NCBI GenBank assembly: GCA_965235115.1
Contig: OZ249436.1
Span: 5,396,001 to 5,460,000 of the forward strand
Reading direction: 5' to 3'
Source of the DNA: Laetmonice hystrix
Taxonomy: Eukaryota
DNA: 64,000 nt
The stretch's first letter is position 1; every line of letters starts with the position of its first letter. Shown piece after piece: positions 25,401-37,400 of the stretch. The notes under the pieces are model-generated. The model saw only the letters and a program-made list of their open reading frames with translations. It made no database searches and was not told the DNA's origin. The position numbers were made by a program, and so were the translations under genes.

Positions 25401-28400
25401 ACCATGATAACGTTACTAATCCACTGCCTCCACCATAACGTTACTGATCCACTGCCTCCACCATGATAGCGTTATTGATCCACTGCCTCCACCATTACAC
25501 TCCACAGCTGGAGCTCCTGAGGCTTCGGTCATGCCTGAGTGAACGAGCCACGGTCGCTGACAAACCCATCCTCCAACAAATTCAGCCCCTGGTGAGTAAA
25601 CACTTTCACAACTATAAAAAAGTTCTTTTTATTTATTTTTCTGTTTTTTAAAGTTTATGCATCTTTTGCAGTCTTAGCACTCGAAGACAATTCAGACATT
25701 GTCATTGTTTCCTATCATAGGCAATCAGGTATTCTTTCAAGGAAACAGAGGTTGGAGATGTACTATTTGAACGCTATTGAAAACATGATAGTCGACGCCT
25801 GGTGTTTATAACCCATGTACCCACCGTATGCCAAATCTGACGCCCACTTTACAATGCGTCATCTTCACTTACGTCACAAACGAAAAAATCATCAATTTTC
25901 TAATGGAAATGGCGGCTTTGCTTTTTTGCAACCAACTCCCTATCATCATTATTATCATTATCATCATCATCTGGCAACCACTACTGTTCCCCTGTCCTTC
26001 TCAGAGGACATGGAACAAACCGATGCACTTGAAACACAAACGTTGGGTATTTATAGTCAGGGTTATCGACTGCCGATACACACTTGCCACGCCCCGCCAT
26101 TATGCAAATGAGCCTGGTTATGCATGCACTTAAAATCAATCTAAATGCTGGTGACCACCAATTTAGCTGGGACAAAATGGTCTCCAAAAAGGCATTCATC
26201 TTATTTCTTACGATATTTTTAGACTGCAAACAACAATTATTATCTCTCTCTTGTTGGAACTTGTAATCCCGGGCATGTATAATCCTCATCATTTTCTTCA
26301 ACCCGACTGGAAAGGCATTAATAATTGAGAAGGAAGTATCCAAGATGAAGGATTAATCTCTGAACAACTTTGTATTGAAACCATAGCCTTGACCTACAGA
26401 AAATTCCACTACATCGAAAACACATCAAACTAAGCTGGAATTTCGTAATTACAAGGAAATAACAGCTCCATCTCCCACGCTGTTATCAAGTTTCAAGTTC
26501 TGGGGAATGGGGAAACACCGCTAGAAACAACTCAACAACCCACTGCTATATGGTCTGTCACGTGACGTTTCTTACCAGAAAAACACCTCAAGAACACCTC
26601 CGTTCTGTCGTCGTCTATGCGATTCTTTCTCCTTCGATTTAATATATCTCCTGATATACCAGTTAGCACACACATCGTAGTTGAAATAAAGATCTTACCA
26701 CCAATGATAGCCAAATGGAGGGTGGAGTCCCTGTCTTCAAATATGTAAATTGTGTCCCTGGTCGTTCTGCAATTAAGCTCTTCAGCTCCAGCGACCAGGG
26801 GGGATGTCTACATTGTTTGTAACAACCACGCCAGGCGTCGATTGTGTGTGACGTCAGGGAAGCCATGTTGTTGCCATTTAGTCGAAGTGACGAGGGCTGA
26901 GGCAGACTAACTCGGACTATTCAAACACATGAGTAAAGTCGAACCTCTAACCACCCTGGGGGTCAGCTCTGACCGCCTCGAACTCTACGAATTCTGCCTG
27001 CTGTATGTGATGAAAACGTATACGTTACTTGTACAGATACACACGGTTGTTTTATTCTCTGGTGCTTGGCGGTATGGCCTGGGTTTGTTCTCATAATGTT
27101 ACACAGACAGTAAAATAACAATGAGGCGGGTAACTGGCGGCGAAATGCCGGGCGGCCTACGTGAATGTGCCGACGTTTCGCCGTTGGTGGTGTTTCGAGG
27201 TTTGATGTCGCTGAGTCGCTGTCAAGAAGTGAGTGATTACTGCAGAGATCTAGTAGGACCATGATCTTTTTTGCTCTTTTTTTTAAATTACAAATCCTCG
27301 TGAATCTATACAATAGGTATCTGCATTTACATTGAGCTATGACATCAAGAAGCCAACAGAGCGACTTATTGTAATGACAAATGTATTTTAAGAATATAAG
27401 TATGTTCAGAAGTTGTATCTAGGCAGGAAAAATCCAGACATACACTTTACCGAGGTAATATATAAACATGTGTAATAAGAGAATATAATAGTATCGAAAA
27501 TAGTGGTCTTGGCATGTCGTATTCTCTAAAATAACATAACAGAGAAAAGTGCCTTATCCACTAAGCCGATTTTCCTTGCGACGTCCATGCGATTTTGACA
27601 TTAGCCTTTTATTTTACTGTTATTTTGAGATTAAAGGATGGAACCCATATCCTTAAAGAGGAAAGGCCAGCCAGGAAAAATTTCAGCATGAAATTCCACC
27701 ATTAAATCAAAAACCGCATGGCCGTCGCAAGGGAAATCGGCTTAGTGGATTATTTTCTCTCACAGTTTCTTATATTAAGTAACAATATTTCTATTAAATA
27801 GCCAAGAGATTCTAGCATAAAATGTCGTCATGATCGGTCAGTATGATTGGTATTCGGTATTTATATGGATCATCCTTGCCATCTAATATCGACTTTTTCA
27901 ATTATTTCCACAGCACCGACACCCTCACAGAGATGAAGACGAGATCTGATACGTGATGGCAGGGGCAGACATCAGGATTCACAAAGTCACCCTCCTCAGG
28001 AAGGTCATCGCGACAAACAACCGGATACTATACAGACCCAACCCACACACATACACCCCGAGCAAGGGGAGTTGATGTGGATATCACTGGAAGTGATTGA
28101 CAGAAAATCGTTTTCTAGACAGTTCCTTCCACCAACACCGCCATCCAACACCAAGCTCATCCCACTTCACGCACTGCTACTATTCGCTCATTCTACAGAT
28201 CTGAACATGTCAAACTACATTTGATTCGTCTTCAGCGTCCCCCGAAAATAGTGGTTCGTGTGAGAAGACCTAGTTTTAACACTCAGCACCGACGACCAGT
28301 CAAACTGACTGCTAAACTATTTGAAGAACTTTTAGTTCTACCCTAGGAACCAGATTTAGCCTTATTGCTGGTCCATGCTTAATCAACTCGGACGTTGCTA

Positions 28401-31400
28401 TGTCGTTTCATAGTGTCCCAGTCGATAATAGGGAATCATGCCCCAGTCCTGGTACAGCGAATACGACATGCCAAGACCACTCACTTGATTTACCAATCCA
28501 CAGCGAAAACTTTACTGTGCTAGCTTGGCTTGATTCCGTATTTAGATGTTCCAACAAATATTTGATTTTCACGCCGGTTCTATTTCATGATCAGCCAGGC
28601 TCCTTAAGCGAATTCTATAAACGTTAAGAACGAGCTTCTGATTGGTCAATCCTTAGCGTACATGTGACCTATCAGAGGGTTTGTTACGGAGCCACGCGTG
28701 CATTATTCTGTAAGACGACAATGGCCTGTGATATAAAGTTCATTCATTTGTAAAATTACATGTTTGAGCCTTTATTCCCCACTGTGCTATTTCCAATTAA
28801 AGACAGCAACGTAGTCTTCTCAGCCTTACTGACTACAATCCATTCAACTTTAATTACTTACCCTCACTAAAAGATCAATATCATTAAACAATCTGCATAC
28901 TGTGATGAAGATGTCTTCACTTTTCTGTTTAAAATCATACTGAGCCTCAAAGGCATTTCGATTTTAAAAACCGCGAGCGAGTGGACTGCTGGATAAATAG
29001 GGGCATTCCTCCAAAACCATAACGTTTTCCCTCCAGGGGCCAGTTGCATGACCGTTCGTTAATTTCCCCATGTAGGCCTATTTTCAATGAGAATTTTAAC
29101 GAACGGGCAGTCATGCAACTGGCCCCAGGTAACCTTTCTATGTATTTTGGAAATCATTTTGAGAGATACCAAAAATTGCGAAAGAAAAGAGAGCAGATGG
29201 AAGACATCTCTGCCTGGACCGTGCAAGTTATTTTGATATTTGGATATCAAGTATAGCAGATGGAAGATATAGAACTGCAAAGTTCTTCAGTGTTGTCATT
29301 TAAAGACTTTCTCAGCAAATTTATTTCCCTTTTTTTACAGCTTGATATCATTTCAATAAAATAAATATTCTTTATAAATTTTCATTTATTACCATTACGA
29401 CAATGCTAAAAAGGTGGCGAAAAGTTGGCGTAAATGAATTATTTGGCTTGCACTAGAGGCGAGTCCCCTCCTGGCGGCAGTGAGTTCTCTTTGCTCAACC
29501 AGCCAGAAAACATGCTCCCGTTTGCCACGAGCCCTAAATGCCGTGAGGGGCCGGCACCCACCGCTTATAGTACCGAGCTGCTAAATCCGGCTACTATCTA
29601 TAAATCATGGTCAGATCAATGGCTGTGTCAATTTATAGCATCCTGCAACTGTTAGGGATTGACGCCATACCGGGAAGACGGACCCACGTCAGGCCGGCAC
29701 TGGTATCCGCCAGGGAAGTCCTTGGCCGGCTGGCAGAAGTCCTCTACATATTGTCTCCAACAACAATAGCACAAACTCCTGTGGATGGGCTGACGGCGTC
29801 TGACAGGTGATAACCGATAATAAGATACCAGGTAGCGCTCTGTTTATTTCACAGAGCGACATTTATATATTCTTTCACTTGTCTCAAATTGTGTATGGTT
29901 TTCTTCTAAAAGGATGAACTATAAAAGTAGATGTGAGGTTCTTGCCGTAGATATCCAACAACAATCGTTGACACTTTATGAAAACTGCTTCAGGTCAGCC
30001 AGTATATGAGGGGAGGAAAAGCTAAAATGGAGACAGGAAAAGGATGAACTTCACTGAGACCAGGAAGATATGGTCACTTGAGATGTATAAATTGTTGCGA
30101 AGGTATCCAGCAATGGTTGTCTGTGTATTCGGCAAGGACTTCCCGCCAAGGATTGCACCTGCCTGGAAGAAGGCGTAGGTGTGAAGACGTCATTGTCCTC
30201 ATCCATTATTAACTAGGACAGTTTGTCGTGTCAATCAGTGACGTCCTCAGATGTCCGTTATTGTAGTTCCTGCTGCTGGTCCTGCTGTGCCTCCGACGGT
30301 GGACCGTCAAACGTTAATTATTTCTACCCTCTCCACTACGTCAGTACTCAGAACACCACCGGATTGTAATGTCAGAGATAAAGATTGTAATGTCAGAGAT
30401 AAAGATGGTAATGTCAGAGATAAAGATTGTAATGTCAGAGATAAAGATTGTAATCTCACAGATAAAGATTGTAATCTCACAGATAAATATTGTAATCTCA
30501 CAGATAAAGATTGTAATCTCACAGATAAAGATTGTAATGTCAGAGATAAAGATTGTAATGTCAGAGATAAAGATTGTAATGTCAAGATTGTAATCTCACA
30601 GATAAAGATTGTAATCTAACAGATAAAGATTGTATTCTCACAGATAAAGATTGTAATGTCAGAGATAAAGATTGTAATGTCAGAGATAAAGATTGTAATG
30701 TCAGAGATAAAGATTGTAATGTCAGAGATAAAGATTGTAATGTCAGAGATAAAGATTGTAATGTCAGAGATAAATATTGTAATCTCACAGATAAAGATTG
30801 TAATCTCACAGATAAATATTGTAATCTCACAGATAAAGATTGTAATCTCACAAATAAAGATTGTAATCTCACAGATAACGATTGTACCCCCGGTAATCTC
30901 ACAGATAAAGATTGTAATCTCACAGATAAAGATTGAAATCTCACAGATAAATATTGTAATCTCACAGATAAAGATTGTAATCTCACAAATAAAGATTGTA
31001 ATCTCACAGATATAGGTTGTAATCTCACAGATAAAGATTGTAATCTCACAGATACAGATTGTAATCTCACAGATAAAGATTGTAATCTCACAGATAAAGA
31101 TTTTAATCTCACAAATAAAGATTGTAATCTCACAGATAAAGATTGTAATCTCACAGATAAAGATTGTAATCTCACAGATAAAGATTGTAATCTAACAGAT
31201 AAAGATTGTATTCTCACATATAAAGATTGTAATGTCAGAGATAAAGATTGTAATGTCACAGATAAAGATTGTAATGTCAGAGATAAAGATTGTAATCTCA
31301 CAGATAAAGATTGTAATCTCACAGATAAATATTGTAATCTCACAGATAAAGATTGTAACAGCGCGAATCCACCAAGACATTTAGTCTTGCGACGTCCATG

Positions 31401-34400
31401 TTTTGATTTTACTCTTTTTTTTCACTGTGACTATGTTTTTAAAGTATGATACCCATGTCGAGAATAATGGCAGCACACATTCTGTTTTGAAAATTTTAAT
31501 ATGCAACAATCGCTAATCAAATGGGAAATTGATTAGCAATTTCTAATATTGTGTATATTAACTTGATTATGGTACAATACTTTTATTTGAGATGCTGAGT
31601 GAATGAAGCTGTACAGTGGGTGTAGCCAGGTAGCTGATGGGGGGTGGAGGTGGGGGGGGGGGGGTGGAGGGAAGATTGTGAGCAGGTTTGTACAGTTTTA
31701 CCAAAGGTTGTGAGCAGGTTTGTACAGTTTTACCAAAGGTTGTGAGCAGGTTCGTACTGTTTTACCAAAGGTTGTGAGCAGGTTTGTACTGTTTTACCAA
31801 AGGTTGTGAGCAGGTTTGTACAGTTTTACCAAAGGTTATGACCAGGTTTGTACTGTTTTACCAAAGGTTGTCAGCAAGTTTGTACTGTTTTACCAAAGGT
31901 TGTGAGCAAGTTTGTACTGTTTTACCAAAGGTTGTGAGCAGGTTTGTACTGTTTTACCAAAGGTTGGAGAGCAGGTTTGTACTGTTTTACCAAAGGTTGT
32001 GAGCAGGTTTGTACTGTTTTACCAAAGGTTGTGAGCAGGTTGTTTTACCAAAGGTTGTGAGCAGGTTTGTACTGTTTTACCAAAGGTTATGAGCAGGTTT
32101 GTACTGTTTTACCAAAGGTTGTGAGCAGGTTTGTACTGTTTTACCAAAGGTTGTGAGCAGGTTCGTACAGTTTTACCAAAGGTTGTGAGCAGGTTGTTTT
32201 ACCAAAGGTTGTGAGCAGGTTTGTACTGTTTTACCAAAGGTTGTGAGCAGGTTTGTACAGTTTTACCAAAGGTTGTGAGCAGGTTTGTACTGTTTTACCA
32301 AAGGTTGTGAGCAGGTTGTTTTACCAAAGGTTGTGAGCAGGTTTGTACTGTTTTACCAAAGGTTGTGAGCAGGTTTGTACTGTTTTACCAAAGGTTGTGA
32401 GCAGGTTTGTACTGTTTTACCAAAGGTTGTGAGCAGGTTTGTACACTTTCCACTTCCAGAGTCACTCACTTACCTGAAGTTTGTTGTACATTTCAAGATT
32501 AATTCCCTTGATGTCATCCAGCTGTTTGCGCAGTGCGATGATGCTGTCTTGTTTTTCATGGATGTCCTTCTCAAGTAGCCTCTGTGCCATCTCGTTCTCT
32601 TGTTTCATGGATATCTGCAGCTGTAGTTCGTTCTCTACATCCTGAAACATTCAGAGATTCATTGCGATTTAATTCTGATTTCTGGCCTGAACATAGTGGT
32701 AACACAGCATGCATTGGGCCCACTCGACCACCTCATGTTTTCACTCTTGCCAACATTTCGGAAAGACAATGAAGAAAAGGTTCACAAAATTTTAACGAAT
32801 ACAATATCACAATACTGTTAACATCTGTTATAAAAGTACATTCTATTCTGACAAATTTATGATATACGTGTAGGGACAATCATTTATGACATTGTCAATT
32901 TCCCATCAGGCAGGATCACTTGGTGCTGCCACCTGGCGGAAGGACATAACGCCGTCCCGTCGGTATCACTTGCACCTGGCTTTAATTGACACCACCTCTG
33001 TCCTATTCTTGACGGTCTATTTTTACGGCATCACCCTTTACTGGTGAGGAATGGCTCTGAGTAGTTCCCTCTTAATAGTAATTTATCATTACCAGTCTCA
33101 TCTGCGTTTCTTCCTGTAACTTTTTCTGTACATCCACCAACATCGTGTCAAGACCTGTGCGCGATGATTGATATGTCTCACGTTCTGTGTCAATATCTTC
33201 ACGTGCACTCTGACAGGAGAAGCAAGAAAAACTGGCTACAAATTCTGACATGTCAAGGTGCTACCTCATAGCTGGCTTCACATCAAACTGCTGTCTGTCA
33301 TAATCTGTAGCAAATAGTCTTCGGGATGTATTATGATAAAGGCATACTAACTAAAATAAAAAAGTATCAGATCTCTATGAAGTCGATGCTTGGTTTGAAC
33401 TTTAAATTGTTGGCTGGCCAGAAAACATTGAGCACCTCTCCTCTTGAAACAGGAACAATAATTCAAGTCCGTAGGATGAAAACAGCTGATTGAAAAAAAC
33501 CTAATCAATCAGCATTTCTATTCTTGTCAGTCAACTTTACCATGTTTCCTAGTAACTTTCCCATTACCTCAATCTACAGTATCTCTACAACTAAAATATT
33601 TAAAAAAAAATCACAGAAAAACATTATCAAAATGAACAAGAATAAAACAAAAATTAGAAAATTCAAAAAAAGACCAACTAAAGCTACTAAAGCTTTCATT
33701 ACTAATTTTTAAAGGAATAACCATGAAATAAAAAATAAGAAATAATCATGGCAATTATATAAAAGCATGACAGAGCCGTATATAGCAGAAAAAAGTGATG
33801 ATGTATGTACAAATCCAGGAACAGAAGGCCAGTATTTCAGAAATCTCAAAAGGAAAACAGCAGTTAACTGGCCTCCGCTTAGTTAGTCGTGCCTGCATAC
33901 AGCCCTGCATGAATTCATATAAAATAAACAATCCTCTGGCTGATTTGTATAAATAAAAGATGGTTCTCTTTGCAAACACACAAAAATGGACATCTAGAAA
34001 CAAAATCTAGAACTGCATGCCTGCCTATCTATGAATACTTCCGAACCTTCTGTTTGGCACGGACTCCTCCCAGCGCCACCTTGTGAGCCTGGAAGGAAAC
34101 CTCTCCCATAATGACCACATCAAAATGTCACTGCTGCATTTGTTTTTCAATTTCTGATTTAATAAGAGCACCATATAATTCCAAAACAGTTCAAGGACCG
34201 ACCCAGTGGGTTGCCAAGCCTCTCAAAACGCCTCTCTTCTCACCCCAGACCGACAAGAAGTGCCGGTACCTTCACAAGCCCCTCTGGAGTATTCCCTTCG
34301 CTGGTGCTGCTACCTGGTGGTTGACAATGTAACTAACCTGGCAGTTTACGTGAGCCAGACGATACCCGTAATACCACTCCTTACTTTCTCATCATTCCTT

Positions 34401-37400
34401 CCTCTTACACTCCTTCTGTAAGTCCTTTCAGTTAACTACAGAAATATTACACCACATACATACGGTATCTGTACTCCTTATCATGAAAACATTTCAGACC
34501 TGATCAGGTAACAGTTACCTGAATCAAACCCCCATTCTTGACTTCTGTCAATGAAGCCGCACACTTGAAATCACACCAGTTTCTTTTCAAAATACGGTAG
34601 TTGTGTGGCGAGGGGGCGCTAGATGGAGAAGACCACTACGGTACAGGGATTACCTGCTTCCAAAGATAACCCTGAGAGATTTCTATAGTGATTCCCTTGT
34701 TTGTCACATTGTAAAGTCTTCAATACAGCACGTTTAGCTACCTGGAAGTTTTATAAATAAATCTATAAGTGCAATCTATCAAATCAAAGGAGGTTAAACT
34801 TCTGACTGATGAAGAACGGGAAGATTTGACCAAAGATTGTCATGAGGACGGAATTGGTGTCGTTCTGAGGAGAACTACAATGGCTGCCGGGGTAAAGATA
34901 ACAGGAAAGCTACCTCAATCTGTTTGCGGTGGGCATCAAGAAGGGTGTCCCTCTCCCGGAGAAATTCTGAGTTCTCCATCTGTAACTGAAGGATGTTGTT
35001 TTTACTGATGGCAAGGTCCTCCTTCATCAGAGCGTTGGTGGTCTGCAGCATCTCCAGCTTCTGCTGCAGGTTTGTCACCGTCGCACTGTGGGAATTACAA
35101 TAATGGCTTTACAATATACAAAATGACAGTGAGAACCCTTAAAATGGCTTTACAATATACAAATTGACAGTGAGAACCCTTAAAATGGCTTTACAATATA
35201 CAAAATGACAGTGAGAACCCTTATAATGGTTTTACAATATATACAAAATGACACTACAATGGTAACTTCTTGCTGACATTTTTATATTTCTTTATGTTAT
35301 AACTTATATAACCTAGATTTTTTTTCCAAATCGATCTGCAGTCTCAAGACAAATGAGTAACAACCAACTCACTTCAGGTGTCGATTCAACTCTTCCAGAT
35401 AATTTTTCTGGTCCAGTATCGCCGCCATTTTGGCGTTCCCTTGACTGAAAGCACACCATAAACACAATAAAAAAAGACGGGATATATTCGGCTTGAGTGA
35501 CAAAGGTTGAATTGGTTTACATACCCATAATTTAAAAAAGTTAAAATTGCCCATGTAACGGAAAATTTTATGGAGAAATTTTAGAATATTATTCACAATG
35601 AGAAGAAAACGCTACAGACATTTTGACTAATACAGACTGAAACTATGCTATGGGGAAGACTTTCCTGACATAAATTGAAGATATGACATAGGCTTAGCTT
35701 ACCTGTCCTCCTCAGGTGTGGAAACCTGGTAATTGCCCTCTCTCAGGTAAAGACTGAAGTCTATCACGCCCATCTGATCAATGAATCCACAGAGAACAAT
35801 GCTAATGTATGTTCGACGTCAGCTTAGTATCAGTTAACTATGAAAGCGGGCGAAGGTCCAGATAAATTATTTCACATGTTATATTAATCATGAATAGTCT
35901 GAGGTTAATATAATACATGTGCCCCTGAAACAGTTCTATTGGCCACTATCAGGAGTAGGTAATGTCAAGGGAGCAGCCATCATTGCGAAGAAATGCCCTG
36001 TGTTATTTCCCCAGTACACTCACCATGCTGACCATGCTGTTCTATTGTTCTATTGGACATTTGGCCCAGGTATGACATATTGGACTTAGGACACTTGGCC
36101 CAGGTATGACATATTGGACTTAGGACACTTGGCCCAGGTATGACATATTGGACTTAGGACACTTGGCCCAGGTATGACATATTGGACTTAGGACACTTGG
36201 CCCAGGTATGACATATTGGACTTAGGACACTTGGCCCAGGTATGACATATTGGACTTAGGACACTTGGCCCAGGTATGACATATTGGACTTAGGACACTT
36301 GGCCCAGGTATGACATATTGGACTTAGGACATTTGGCCCAGGTATGACATATTGGACTGAGGACAGTTGGCCCAAGTATGACATATTGGACTTAGGACAC
36401 TTGGCCCAGGTATGACATATTGGACTTAGGACATTTGGCCCAGGTATGACATATTGGACTTAGGACATTTGGCCCAGGTATGACATATTGGACTTAGGAC
36501 ACTTGGCCCAGGTATGACATATTGGACTTAGGACACTTGGCCCAGGTATGACATATTGGACTTAGGACATTTGGCCCAGGTATGACATATTGGACTTAGG
36601 ACACTTGGCCCAGGTATGACATATTGGACTTAGGACATTTGGCCCAGGTATGATGCGGAGGTTAGTGCAATTCCCTGGTTTATGAACACACTTATTTAGC
36701 AATCTTTGTCTACTTGACTTGTACAGGTCAGGGGAGGATCCATGATTTTGTAAAGGGGGCGGGGATAGAGCCTATACGGTGTGCCTTTTTGTGCACTACA
36801 CTCGGGGTCTGTGGTTATTTTCCCAGAATATTCTATTTAGGCCCCCACCTAAGCCCCCCCCTCTCCATGGTGAGTAAGCAGACGTTGGCGCTCACCGGTT
36901 GATCGAGGTCCTCATCCTTGATGGCCATGTTACAGTCGATGACGTTTAGTCCCACCAGGAGGCCAGCGATCACGGTGGCTTCTTCCTCCAACATGATGGC
37001 TCCGGGCTCGTAGAACTCACTGTGGGGATGTACAATACAAACAGTGGTCATCATCTTCATCGTCATTATCTTCATCACCTCTTTATTACAATACTACACA
37101 GAGAAACAGCATGGAACTCTAGTATCTAATCTAATCTAACCCGTTATCTTTGTGTTGAGAAAAATTCATGTTTTTTTTATATTTTTTATATGGAACAACC
37201 TAGATTATCCTAGATAGGATGGGAGGTGAATCTTTTGAAAGAACTTTCAAACATACATACATTCAGTATGTAACATTTTATCAAAAGATTATTATGAAAT
37301 AAATGATGTATATATTCTTAGCTATTTATATACGTGTATTTTATTTTTTGTTTTTTTTTATCTTGTACCAGTTTTTACTGTGTGAATAAAGACATCATCA

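Noticed and set aside
30051..30212. Possible in-frame alternative terminal RUFY exon ([18 protein letters not shown]...)
   Set aside because: The acceptor lacks a polypyrimidine tract and I recognise no homology; insufficient support.
30251..31380. Heptad-like ORFs (LQSLSVR)n and (KDCNVRD)n
   Set aside because: Artefacts of the 21-bp minisatellite; no splice signals link them to either gene.
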